Below, piece after piece: positions 35,687-47,900 of a stretch of 64,000 nucleotides of DNA; position 1 is the first letter of the stretch; each line of letters starts with the position of its first letter. The stretch is from Fimicolochytrium jonesii. Its lineage: Eukaryota. Made by a program: the position numbers and the translations under genes. The DNA lies in assembly GCF_025526975.1 (NCBI RefSeq), contig NW_026515695.1, positions 248,001 through 312,000 on the forward strand, read 5' to 3'. The notes below the pieces were generated by a model. It worked only from the letters and a program-made list of their open reading frames with translations, did no database searches and was not told where the DNA came from.

Positions 35687-37036
35687 TTACTCAGCAACAT
35701 CCACCCTCGCCTGACTCCCAGCCTTCTTAAACAACGGCCTCGCATTCCCATTCCCACCTCCACCCTCCTCAGCCTGTTTCGGCCCCATCGCCAGCACATC
35801 CGAGCTCGGTGCTCTGACGCTCACACTCCTAACGACCCCATCCGCCTTCTCCGCGTTCGTCAACGCTCTCGCGCTTGTGTTGAAGCCTGTCCGCGAGGTG
35901 TTGGCGCCGCTCAGCTGCTCCCTGTGCGACGATGCGGCGGCGTTGACGGGCGCGGCGCCGAAGATGGCGAGCACGATGATGGCGGATTCGAACATGTTTT
36001 CGAGGAGGAGCATGAGGGAGACGTGGAGGCAGGAGACGGAGTTTATAGTGGCGGATTCTGGAGGAGTAGTCAGACGGAGTTTGTTAATTCACTTGGAGAT
36101 TCATGGTGAGGGATCCGACGGAAACTTACTACGCAACGGATACAAAATCGCTAACTGACTAATCGCGATACAAATAGTCAACGCCGTCATAATATCATTC
36201 AACCGCTTCAAAGCCCTCAGCACGCTCCCCCGCTGGCCGCCCGCAGTGACAAACGTCGTTTGCGGGATGTTCCACGAGAAACTGACGCAGCCGCCGATGA
36301 TGTACGTCAACACCGGAACGAACGTGAGGCCAAAGAAGAGATACGAGAACTCGGTTGGGTATACGGGCGAGTTTTTGACCTCTGTGTATGCGTTGTAGGC
36401 GAATCCGATGCCGAAGATGGCTATGCAGACGGTGGCGGTTGTGCGGAAGAGCTGTTGTCGGTGAGGGATTAGGATGACGTTGCTGGCGCGGTAGACCCCT
36501 GTTAAGCATGTTGAGAACTACCGTTTGTAGGAATGAAGATGGAGTAAGTTTTAATTCCTAAATCCATCGCATTGAAGGAGCCAACATAGATCGTGCGCCG
36601 ACACAAGATCCAAACTCACCAACATGAAAATAAACCCCGTCAACCCCAAATTATCCGTCACCCTTATCGTCGCCGGATCCCTCACGCCCGTACACGCAAA
36701 CGCAATAGCCGACGCAAACACCAAATTCGCCAAACTCGCAAACAACATCGTCACCCCCCTCCCATTCACCATCTTCCTCAACCGCGACGCCGAAAGCACC
36801 AGATCCAGGATAATGATCGGATACGTTATCCCGATGATGATCGCCGCCGGGCCCGATTCGTGGATCGTGAAGGCCGCCATCTCCCCGCCCCAGGTTGAGA
36901 GTGAGGTCGAACAGAACTCGAGTGCTTCGGGTAGGCCGCCGGTGGGGTTTTGGGTCATGTAGCCGACGACGCAGGATTGGAAGAGGGCCATGGAGGGTTG
37001 CGGGGGCGGGCGGCCGGGTACCTGTGTGTCGGACAT
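35687..37036 (-). CDS. Predicted seven-transmembrane protein (GPCR-like), 3 exons
   Basis: Spliced product has about 7 hydrophobic segments, GVYR at the end of the third, an N-terminal Cys pair and a Ser/Thr-rich C-terminal tail. Confidence 0.6.
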
Positions 37037-37862
37037 GGCGAAAGAGTCTTCCTGAGGGCAAAAACCTTGATTGCGCTCTTGAGAGAAAAAACGGGTTGTC
37101 CTCCGCGAGTGCTATATGAATCGATGTTCCTGGTCGCCTGCTGTCCTTCCTCGCGACGGAATCAAGTACCCTCCAAAATGTCACCCTTCGATATTCCCCC
37201 TGTCCTTTTTTGAGCTTTCAAGTGCCGTGCTTCCCCACTTCTAGGAAACCGGTGTCTCCATCCGTTCCCCAACAACAGGAAGCATAGCGTAACGAAAGAA
37301 GCTTAAGTGTAAATGACCAAACTGTGACAAACTTCCCCAGAGGAAGATGACTAAAGATATTCTGAGGGAAGCACTCTATTGTTGGCTGAGGTTTCGGAAC
37401 CGAATGGCCGTCGTCTGGGAAAAGTGGCATACGGGTTCTGCTGGATCCGGGGAATTTGGGAATGCAAGAGATGCGAGTCGTCTACCATATTGTGGACCAA
37501 CCGTCTTCCTCAGCTGATGATGCCCGAGCGGTGCTGCGACGGTGAAGGGGCGACTCTCCACGCGGTGTTGCCGCCTCGAGGGGCATGCTGATTGCGTCCG
37601 TCTTGGGTCTCATCTCCCCCTGCATCTCACCCATTGTGCGGAGTTCACGACGACGCGTTGTCGGTCTTCCTCGACTCACACCGGAACGCCAGCAATACAA
37701 GCAGGAGACGGCGGATTACGCGGATTATCGATGGCGAAGTCTATCTCGGACAGATAGGTTTACAGGCTTGGATAGTCAATATTTAAGATGGAGAAATACA
37801 TATCAACGAGCGTCAGGGATCAGTTCTAACTGAAATATGCAGTCTACAACGACAAGAAATCC

Positions 37863-38719
37863 TCAAGTTTTGATGAAAGGAGGCAATGCAAACTTCACAG
37901 GGTCAAACGCCGCCATCGTCACCATCACCTCAGTAGGCTCAACCACTTCTCCCTCCTGAGCACTCTCCACCTTTTTACCATCTTCATAGATCTTCAACAT
38001 ATTCGGATCCGGAATCCACACCACATGCATCCCGGCGGTCCTTGCCGCCTCGACCCCGGCCCAAGCGTCCTCAAAAACCAAACACTTCTCGGACGGCGGG
38101 TCGCCAATCTTCCGCTTAGCGGTCAGGAAAATGTCCGGAGCCGGCTTGCCGCGAGCGACATCCCCGTCGTCGCCGCACGTCACGCTGTCGAAGAGGGCGA
38201 AGAGCTCCTGGTGGCGAGCGGTTTTCAGCTCGTATTTCGCGCGCGTGGAGGAGGTGGCGACAGCGATGGGGATGTTGTGCGCTTTGAGATGCTTGATTAG
38301 GGAGGCTACGCCGGGGAGGACCTCGCATGAGGACCACATTTTGGCTTGCTTCTCTGTGAGGGTGTTGATGTACTCGTCCACCGTGAGGGGGAGGTTCAGG
38401 GCCTCTACTACGATTTGTGCTGACTGTCCATCGGATGTGAGATCAGTGGTCTGTGCCAGCATAAGACGCAACGGCAGCCTCTCACCTCAACTGCCGTCCG
38501 TCCCATCAGCTGACTCTTCAACTCCCACGTAAAGCGGGTGCCCGGCACACACTCGTCTAACACTTTCTGCGTTGCTTCCGTGTAGATTCGCTCCGTATCC
38601 AGCAGTAGCCCGTCCTATAGGTGAAATCAGAGATAGGAATACATTTCCGCTCCAAACAGCATCCTTCGTCTTTCGTAACTTGCCATATCAAAAATGCAGT
38701 GCGTGATGGTGACCGTCAT
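37863..38719 (-). CDS. HAD-family pseudouridine-5'-phosphatase (HDHD1/PUDP/GS1-like)
   Basis: MTVTITHCIFDM|DGLLLDTERIY (motif I rejoined across a GC-AG intron), AVATSS, GKPAPDIF, CLVFEDAWAGVEAARTAGMHVVWIPD. Confidence 0.92.
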
Positions 38720-39137
38720 TGTGACCTTCGAGTTGAGGAAAAGGTTGGCGACTGGTGTGCTAACTTGGCGCGCGTAGCTGTGAATTCCGGATCTTGTACA
38801 GTATATGCACGACAGTCGATGGTGCTCCTCCACGACGAGCTGGTCGGAAGGCTCCAGGAGGGTTAATGTCGAGACTGTTCAAGCCAGAAAAAAGATCCGA
38901 ATAAAATGGCACCTGACACACGCGCGCTGTTGAAAATGGAAATTGAGATCCCCGCCCTGTTCCCAGATTTAGACATTCAGGCCGTAAACATCGCCGCTCC
39001 AGTGACCGTCTCACATTGCCGAACCAGCGGAGGGCAGCGGAGGAAAGAGAGGAAAGAGCGGAGAACGGCCTTTGTATAACCAGCCTTGCTGCAGGTGGCC
39101 CCCCGTCAATCTGGCATACTTGCGAACTTATCCAGTC

Positions 39138-39858
39138 ATGACTTCTACAGCAACGTCCCGTTTCTCGTTGGTGGAAGGCAGGGGACGTCCACGGAGCAGT
39201 ACGTGGACAGCCGGCATGGCCAAGGTGAGAATAACACCCCACCTAGGCGCAATGACCGACAAGGAGGCCATGCTAAATCCCATTTTCATTCCACCAGCGT
39301 CTCTCCACCCTTTCCCTCCCGCTCACCCGCAAATCCTCAACCCAAACCTTCGCCCTCCCCACCGGCACAACCACCCTGCACGCCAACCAACTCACCCCGA
39401 TATCCCCAACTCTCATAACCCACTTCGCCCACCAAATCCCCTCCTTCGACGCCCAAGTCGCGGCAGTCGAAGCCGACATCTTCGTCCTCGAAACCAAACT
39501 CCGCTGCGCCTCAGGCATGGACGCGCCCGGGCTCCGCGGCCAGATCCAGTTTGCGCGGCAGCAGTGGGATATTGCAAAATTGATTGCTGCGACGGTGCGG
39601 GCTGTCGGAGGTGCGGACGCGGGTGGAGAGTATGTGGGAGAGGGCAAGGTGGATTGGGAGATGTTGGGCATGGATTCTGGGGGAAGGAGGAAGCCGTTGG
39701 AGTTACCGGTGGGCGTGGCGGGGTTGAATGTGGTTGTGAGGGATCGGGCGAGGGATGGGTTGGTGACTGTGAGGTGGGAGTTGGTTTTGCAGCAGGATGT
39801 AGGGGTGAGGACGACGCATTTGGTGAGGGATTGTGATACGATTTTCAATTTGGGGTAA
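39138..39858 (+). CDS. Hypothetical protein (2 exons)
   Basis: ATG at 39138; intron with GTGAGA donor, GCTAA branch and CAG acceptor; second exon open to TAA at 39858. No family recognised. Confidence 0.5.
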
Positions 39859-40007
39859 AGGATTGTTGACGGCAGTTGAAGGCGTAACTACACGGCGTAT
39901 TTGACATTCTCCAGACTTGTACATATAAATACATCGCTTTAAGCCATGCTTCTACGCCTCCTATCTACGTCCGCACGCCATACGCCATACGCCATACGCC
40001 GCACCAT

Positions 40008-40481
40008 TCACTCCCGACATCTAGCAGTAACAATAATCTCAATCCTCGCCCCCATCCCCAGTTTCGCAATCTGCATAACCGCCCTGGCCGGTTTATGCTC
40101 GCCAAACACTTCCGTCCAAACTTCATTGAAGCCTTCGAAATCTGCCAAATCCGTAAGGTACACCTACAAAAAAAACACATGTACAGTACATCAATCTGGG
40201 GACATACGGAAAACAGCAGTCCCTCCCTAGATTCTTACCTCACACCGCACAACCCCAGCCAACTCACACCCACACTCCTCCAAAATAGCGTTCACATTCT
40301 CAAACGTAACTCTCGTCTCCTCCCTAACGCCCCCGGGAACGATCGTGTCGCTGTTGGGCGGAAGTCCGACTTGGCCGGTGAGGAAGGCGAAGCCGCCGCT
40401 GACGATCGCGTGTGAGTAGGGGAGGGATGTGCCGAGGCGGGGTTTGGAGGCACGGGGGGAGTTGACGGCATGGAGGGACAT
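40008..40481 (-). CDS. RidA/YjgF/YER057c/UK114 family imine deaminase (2 exons)
   Basis: PYSHAIVSGGFAFLTGQVG, VVRCE|VYLTDLADFEGFNEVW, KPARAVMQIAKLGMGARIEIIVTA (catalytic Arg of PAR retained). Confidence 0.92.
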
Positions 40482-41148
40482 TTTTGTTCTTTGAGGGTGG
40501 GGCGGGTGGTGGAAGGTGGAGGGTGGGGAGAGGGAGGGAGGTGGGTGGGTGGGGCATTTATATGCGAGGGGGTTGGATCTGGACGGACGACTCGGAGACA
40601 GACGCCCGGCCGTTGAACGCGTCGAAAGATGCACATTGCGGCACGTGTTTCTTAGGTTCCTTATCACGGTCCATCCATCATCCATGAGAACGCCCGTGGG
40701 GACAGAGGGCTGGCTATCAGATTCCATTCTGACCTTCTCTGGCCGATGAATTGAGGTGTGAGGATGATGAAGTACACCACCAGCGCCTGCTCTGCTAGCA
40801 GTCCGCACACTGAGTCCTGGGAATCTGGCTAGGATGTCGAGAGACACTTGGAAAAGTAGAAGCGGAGAGAGACGCGCCTAGTCATGCGTGGCCTGAGACT
40901 CCGCTCGCCCAGGCTCTCCGTCCTACCGAAGACAGAACACATCCCAGCTCGAACGTGCATATGCATTCCTTTCTTTCGTGAGATGGCTCTTAGGTAGTGT
41001 AGGAGATAGCGAGTATTCGATCCAAGCTGCGAGTCCGGGTATCATCCCTCACATATACTCGCCATATACATAAGTTCATGCAAAAATGACTATGCTACGC
41101 GCATGGCTTCTCAAAACTGCAGAAAGTCAGGGCCTGTTCACGGTGCTG

Positions 41149-41754
41149 CTATGTAGGCGTCTTCCCGGCTGCCCAGTCCTGTCGACGGTATGCGGTAATG
41201 ATGAGCAGGTACGAACATCCCTGCCCCAAAGCAGTTGAAACGCAAAGGGCAGCCCAAACACCAATACATACCATCAAAACCGCATCCAACCTCCCATTCT
41301 CCACCCTCAACTCCCTCAACCGTCCCTCCACCTTCCCCTTCATCCCCACCAACCCCTCCACCCTCCTCACCATCGCCTCCAGCTCCGCCTTTGCCCGATT
41401 CTTCTCCGCCTCCAGCGCCTCGCACTCTGTCCCGTGCGCGGCGGCTTGCTCGCGGAGGAGGGTGGTGGTCTGCATCATCCGTGTGAGGGCGTCGTGGGCG
41501 GTGCGCGTTTGGGTTGTGAGGGTTGTGAGGGAGGTTGCTAGTTTTGTGCCAGGGAGTTGGGGTTGTTGGGAGGAGGGTTGCGGTTGCAAGGAGGAAGGGC
41601 CGCCAGGGGAAGGGCCGCTTTCGGTGACGGAGGGTAAGGGGAGGGGTTTGGATATGGTGTTAATTCCGCTGTTGCTGGTTGAGTTTTTAGAGGTGGGGCT
41701 GGGGCGGGATTTAGGGTCAGTTGGTGGGCGGGAGGATTGTGGTGGGTCTGACAT
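41149..41754 (-). CDS. Small coiled-coil protein of unknown function
   Basis: P/S-rich N-terminus followed by a heptad region (CEALEAEKNRAKAELEAMVRRVEGL); probable intron near 41271-41179. Confidence 0.5.
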   Translation of the reverse strand: MSDPPQSSRPPTDPKSRPSPTSKNSTSNSGINTISKPLPLPSVTESGPSPGGPSSLQPQPSSQQPQLPGTKLATSLTTLTTQTRTAHDALTRMMQTTTLLREQAAAHGTECEALEAEKNRAKAELEAMVRRVEGLVGMKGKVEGRLRELRVENGRLDAVLMVCIGVWAALCVSTALGQGCSYLLIITAYRRQDWAAGKTPT

Positions 41755-42253
41755 CTTGCAGGAAGGTGTTGGGGATGTGTGTTTGTGGGTGGTTGAAGGT
41801 CCCCCACTCGCTTATCTGGACTTGAGTATCTGCTTGAGGTTGTTGAATCGTTTGTATGAGGCCCCACGATCAGATGGCGAGAAGCAGGTAAACTTCTTTC
41901 CCACGAAAAAGGGTCTTCTTCAAATGGGGCAATATGACGGGCATGGTCGTCGGAGTCGATCTCGATGTCGATAGGGGGACGAAGAACGCGTGGGTCATGA
42001 ATGACCGCGCTGTCAAAACGAAGGCTCTCTACTCTCCACCAACCAATCCATCCTGAACAGACTTCTGCAGAAAGTGCAACCTCCTCAATCGTACATTCCT
42101 CCTCTGCCAAGTTTTACGTGCAGCACAAAATCCACAAGCAGTAGAGTAAGTAGCCCCAAAAGCTAACTTCACCACCCCATTGCGCCGTCCCAACATCACC
42201 CCGTTTTCGACAGCTTTCCGGCACCCCTCCATCTCACAGCAACCCTACCACAT

Positions 42254-42898
42254 ATGCCAGCAGAGACGTACGGCAAACGCTACCTCACCCGCTCTGAGTC
42301 CATGGCCCTGCGAAACCTGTCGCCTAACAGCAGCGAAGGCGCCACTTCCGCTAGGCAATCTTACGGCGGAGGGGCCGTGGCTCCTGTCGATATTAACGAA
42401 GAGCTGGAGAAAGGGCAACTGGAGCGGGACGGGACGGATGAAGAGATGCCGGAAGAACAACAGGACGAGGAGTACCACCACGACGAAGAAACCACCTCCG
42501 AAGAGCATCCACCTCGACCCACCCTCACCACCGCCGACTTCTTCCCTCCCGGCGCCCACATCCTGAACCGCACGATCCACCTCGAGTTCCCCGACGACGT
42601 CTGGGTCGACAGCTCAATGATCTTCACCCAAAGCCCATACAACGACGAAGAAGTCATTATGCACGTCATGCTCCCACTGACGTTCGACGGCGTCCCTGAA
42701 CCGGAGGAATGCGCTTGGCCGGGATGCGAGGAGGCTACGGCTACCCCGGACGATCATAACCTTCTTGTGTCGAGGGAGGGGGTGAAGGTTCGCGTGTTGG
42801 TTCCGACGGATGACAATGGGTGGGAGGGGCCGGATGAGGAGTTGTTGGAGACGTTGAATGAGTTGCGCCGGCCGGTGCCTGCACTCGCAGAGCGATGA
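42254..42898 (+). CDS. Acidic hypothetical protein (214 aa)
   Basis: Single ORF with genome-typical codon usage and a globular-looking C-terminal half. No family recognised. Confidence 0.55.
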   Translation: MPAETYGKRYLTRSESMALRNLSPNSSEGATSARQSYGGGAVAPVDINEELEKGQLERDGTDEEMPEEQQDEEYHHDEETTSEEHPPRPTLTTADFFPPGAHILNRTIHLEFPDDVWVDSSMIFTQSPYNDEEVIMHVMLPLTFDGVPEPEECAWPGCEEATATPDDHNLLVSREGVKVRVLVPTDDNGWEGPDEELLETLNELRRPVPALAER

Positions 42899-43020
42899 TG
42901 GAACTCCCATCTGATGCAAGAGTATCAAAAGCTTCACTCATCAAAGTACTTACAACAAAGGATTCGAAAAGGGGGATATACAGGAATCCCAGCAAGCACT
43001 TACAAACGCTTCCAAAATAC

Positions 43021-44325
43021 CTACGTCGGCTGAAAAAGCCGCAGCAACAATACCCAAAACCCCACCTTAGTCCTCCTGCCACTCCCCATCGTACATATCA
43101 CTCACAAACTCTTCGTGGGCAAAGTCCTCATCCTATCGAAATAACACCCCATTGTAGTCTTAGCATTCCATGTATAGCGTTCTCCACATTTGTACATTTT
43201 GCCCTTCAATAAACCCAAACTTACGTCGTAGTTCCCATCCTCCAAATTCTGCGGTACAGGCACATGCGCATCCCTCAGATCCTGGGCAGACGGCAACTCA
43301 CCCTCCGGTTCGGTTGCTGCTGGTGGTGGAGGTGTTTGGCGTTTGCGGGCCGGTTCGGGGCTGTCGGAGAGTGGTGGTGCGGCGAAGAGGATGTCTGGTT
43401 CCGTGGTTTTGTCTGGTGTTGCCAATGCCGCGATAGAGTCGGAGGTGGCCGCGTGTGCTGGTGCCGTGACCACAGTTGTCCCGAGCATCCTTTCCGTTGC
43501 CTCAACGTCTGCGAGACTTTCCACATGTGTTGCCATCTTGGATTCTAGTTCGGCTAGCGGGAGTGTTTGCAGGAGATGCACTTGGTAAAAGAACCGTTGC
43601 CAGAACTGGGGTTCTTTTATCCTGTGGAATGGGCAAGAACAGGTTAGAGTTTCGGACGGTGGGAGGGGAGTGCCGATTTGGGTGGTCGCACTTTCTGGGG
43701 ACTAAACGGAATCGCGTCCGTCCTAGTTCTTCATCAAGTTTCAGGAGTTCCATGATTACCGGGTAGGAGGCTTCTAGGTCAAAGTCGAATGGGACGTCGG
43801 ATGGTACCTCTTCAAGGAAGATGGCTGGTTGCTGTAAAGTGGGGCGGGGAGTTGTTAGACTCGCCCATCTTTATTCCCCAATCCGCACTTCCAGTATTAT
43901 CAACCAACCTTGGACAAAGCCTGCACAGCCCGTCTCAGCAAATCCGCATCCTCCGCTCCATCCCACGGTAACCGCACCCCCTCCTCCACCCGCGCCTCAT
44001 CCCCACCAACCTCCTTCTCCTCCCCTCCCGCCGCAGTTGCACCCTCCCCTCCCACCAACACCTCCGCACTCAACTCCTTAACAATCTCCCCCGGTATCGC
44101 CACCGCCTTCGTCAACAACCCCTTCAGAAAGTTCGACGTCTGCGCCGGCGTAGCGACGACGACGTCGGGCAAAAGCGCAACCTCTTCTTTTGGTTCGGTG
44201 AAGACCCCGCCATCTTTTTCTCTGCGGGAGGAGAGGAAGTTCTTTTGTTCGGTTTCGAAGGACGTGGCGGCGTCTGCCAGGCTCTCTTTGAGGGTTTTCG
44301 CGTAACTGTTGAAGCGGGAGAGCAT
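43021..44325 (-). CDS. BSD-domain protein (SYAP1/Dos2-like), multi-exon
   Basis: Spliced: RLPWDG...ALSK|QPAIFLEEVP..FDFDL...LLKLDEELGRTRFRLVPRK|IKEPQFWQRFFYQV. This joins the 44325 and 43581 ORFs. 3' end (DEDFAHEEF|PT*) is tentative. Confidence 0.8.
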
Positions 44326-44959
44326 TTTGCGGGAGGTTTTGAGGGAATACGTATGGAGAACGGATGTTGCAGATACCGCCTAGACGTGAGCTGTTACTCC
44401 TACGACGACGAGGGCGGGATGGGTGTCTTGTACGGAGCGTGATCTACTGTATATAGCCCCGATGCTGCCGATTGCCCAGCGGGGATGTTGAGGAAACATG
44501 TTCCCACGCGCCGTCCGAATTGCGGGCAGAAGCGTGAAGGGCGTGACTGGACCACGGCCGGCCGCATAAAACAGGCCCTCCATCGGCGCTCTCCAATTGA
44601 ACCTTCGTCGTTCGACAGACAGCTCAAGCCGTGATCACGCCGCCAGATGGGTAGACACACTCTTAACAACCTTCCGCCCCAGACATCCCTCGTCTTGTCA
44701 GAGCCCGATACCCCAAAACTCAATACAAAAAACAACCTCAACACACTCTACCAGCCCCAATTTTCCCACGAAACTCTGGCAGCCGGCGACGACGGGCGGG
44801 TGGCCGACTCAGGCTCCTATTTCGTTCCACTGAACGGAACAGTGTCTCCAGCGTGTATGGCTGAGGTTGCAGGATAGCGCTTACCTTCTGGGAAAGGGGT
44901 TGGCACTTGGAAGTGTGGCGGGGCCGACGACACACAATTTCTAGCTCCGACAGTCGAAC

Positions 44960-47900
44960 ATGAGCGCTCCTCGCAGCAACGGGCGGAGCAAATATGGGAG
45001 GAAGGAACAACCGCAGGGTCATGGGCAAGGTGTGTTGAATAAGCGTCAGGTCACCAGGGGCAACTGTCTTGCTGAGAATGTTTACCCTAGGTGGTGGAAA
45101 AACCGGAGCCGGAGATGCGCTGCAGACCGCGTTGGCAGGAATGCTCCGTGGAGACCGAGATCCTTCTTACTCGAGGCGTATAGCAGCTGCCGATGACCTT
45201 CTGGCAATCCTCGACCCGTCGATGCATGGAAACGCCCTAGGTCTCCCATGTTATCCCGTCAATCAACCCCACGTCTTCAATGCATGCGCGAATAGCGTGG
45301 CTGACGCACTGGAAGCGATGCGGTACGCTGATGAGTCCGCATAGGGTGGGAGTGGAGAGAGGGTGAAAGCTGACGAAAGGGTTCTCAGATCTCCGAACGC
45401 ATATAAACAGCGAGTTGCGAAATGTATTGCCGCCATGGGCGCCTGCCTGCATCTGGATGGCCGTCCGTTTGTCCGGTGGATCTTTGAACAGCTGCTTGGA
45501 ATGGGCCAGAAACGGCTGTCAAGGGAAGCGGAGAGGGATCTGTGCAACTGGCTTCTCGTGGTTGTCCGTGACGTATGTGTGTCTTCTCCTGGAGAGTGAC
45601 ATCAGGGCTTTGTGATTGACGTTATTGCATGCAGTATGTGGAACGATTATCGGCATTGGGCGATTCAGCCGGCCATGCGGAAGAAACCATATCGCAGATC
45701 TTGGTGGACATGCAGACGTTTCTTGATATGATGGAGTCTGCCGACTTCCTGCCCAAATCACTGGACGTGTTCCAGATCATTGCGGAAACGTTTCCTGATG
45801 CGTTTTCTGTGTGCTTCAAGGTGCGGCTGGATATGAATGCATGCTGGAATGGTTGATGAGGTGTTCATCAAGTAAGAATTGTAGGACATCGTCGATCTTC
45901 TCGTGGGATGGAACATTGATCCGAGCCTTCCGAAAAATGTGTCGGCGCTCATCTCTGGTATGAGGTTCATGATCTCATGCACGATGCCTTTTCCGATTTT
46001 GGCTGAAGTATGGCTTTGCAGATACGCTGAAGAAGCTCTGGTTTTTTTGGGCTCAGCACATTACCTTCGCATTGGAGCTTGCCCGGCACCTCCTTTCTGA
46101 CATCCAGGACACGGTGCAGCTCCGTTGCGAGCCTGGCGCCGCGGAAACAGCGTCGGCTCCTGACAAGGGGAGGAGTTTCCGAGTGCCGACTAACACCTTC
46201 ATACTAACGCGGTTAGTCCATATTAGTCATCTACCATCAAGCGGCAGGAGAAACTAACCGCTTTGGTCCACCGTCATGCAGATGCTTCCAAACGATCCTC
46301 TACGTCATATCCTTTTCCGGATTTCCGAGCATGAACGCCGAGTGCCGCTTTGACCTGACGCAACACCCAGAAGCGTACGATTCCTACCTAAATGTCGTCG
46401 AATGGTGCCTGAATGTGATCCTGGCGGTTGGAACGACATTCGAAGACCGGGGATGGCTTTTACAAGGTTCGTATTTGACAGCCTTCAATCCGAATACTAG
46501 ATGAGCAAAGTGGTGGCTGACAGCACGACATCCAGGAATGATCTTTGTAAAATTCCTTAGTAAAGCCCTGGAAAGAGATTTTCTGCCGTACCAGGACATC
46601 GCGGTGAAAATCCTAACACTCGACTCGACGTTGTTGGCCAATGAGTACGTGCAAGAGGGACATCGGATTGATGCGTCACAGAAGCATTTGGGAGACTGGC
46701 TGTGCAATTTGCGCGAGGTGAGAATTCGGGTATGTAGTTTTAGGTTTTTCATCGCTGCTTATGATTCAATCACGTAGGTCGTCAACTCCTGGCTCCCACA
46801 CCTCTCACCCGCCCTCGCCGCGATGTTCTCGAAACCGTCCGAATCGGCCCTTCTTAGCCGGGTCCGCTTCCTATGTTTGCAGCATCGGGCTTGTAGCTCT
46901 GAGTTGCGGGAGCTTACGGTGAGGGTGCTGAAGGCGTATACCGAGCTGCACGATGGTAGCGGGATAAGGGAGCGGGAAAATGAGGTGCTCAAGGAGTATG
47001 TTTGGGAAGTTCGTGGTGTACATGGCAGCCTATTGCAATTTGTGAGGCTTGATCGAGGAGGAAATGAAAATGAGGGCAGCGATTTGAAATTCGTAGCAGA
47101 CAACAAGACGTCGGTAGAAGAGAGTTTATCGGAACCACAACAGACCCTCAGAGGCATCCTGTCCAACCTGGACCCGTTGTCCCTACGAAATCTCCTTCTG
47201 TACGACATACACCTATGCACGGAGCTCGCCAGCCTTCTGAATAGCGACCACGCCGTCGAGGAAGTGCTTCGAACGATTCTCAACATTCTTGCAGACACAG
47301 CGCGGAAGGGGGGCGATGTCATTGGCTGGGCGTGTCTCATGAGGGGCCCGATCTTGTTGGCGGCGTATGAGATGGCGATGGAAGCGGGCGGGACGATTGA
47401 CTCTGAGCAGAACGGCACGCGGATGAGTGACGAGGAGATGAGGAGTTTGACACCGCAGAGTGTAGTTTCACAGCTCGGGATCATTGCAATCGCGCTGGCG
47501 GAGATGGACATCGGCTACGATGAGAAGATTATTTGTCTGGAATGGCTTGAGAATCTGTTCACTGCCATGACGAAGGCCGGTGGAAATCCGTGGGATATCG
47601 TGGGATATCCGTGGGATATCCGTGGGAACGATACTGTGCAGGAAAGCGTGCACGCATGCGCCATCGTCCTGCAACAGGCGACCTGCGCGGAACCCGACCC
47701 GCAGATTCGTGTCGAGATGGCCTCCGTTTGGACCGCATACAATCGGTGGCTGGCAATATCCTACACCTCCGTGCCCGAAAAAGCATTCGACCTGCTTCGA
47801 CAAGTGGTCGCCCATATGACGAACGATCTTGTCCCCGCTGTCAGAACAGCGTATCTACATCTCATGATGTTCATGCACCCGCTCGCCACGCTCACCACCC

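Noticed and set aside
39975..40000. Short tandems (ACGCCAT)x3 here and GCGTTGAAT x2 near 14026
   Set aside because: Simple slippage repeats in 3'UTRs with no further support.
43102..43581. Separate small gene ending YTWNAKTTMGCYFDRMRT
   Set aside because: The ORF is a downstream exon of the BSD-domain gene, and its tail is most likely translated intron.
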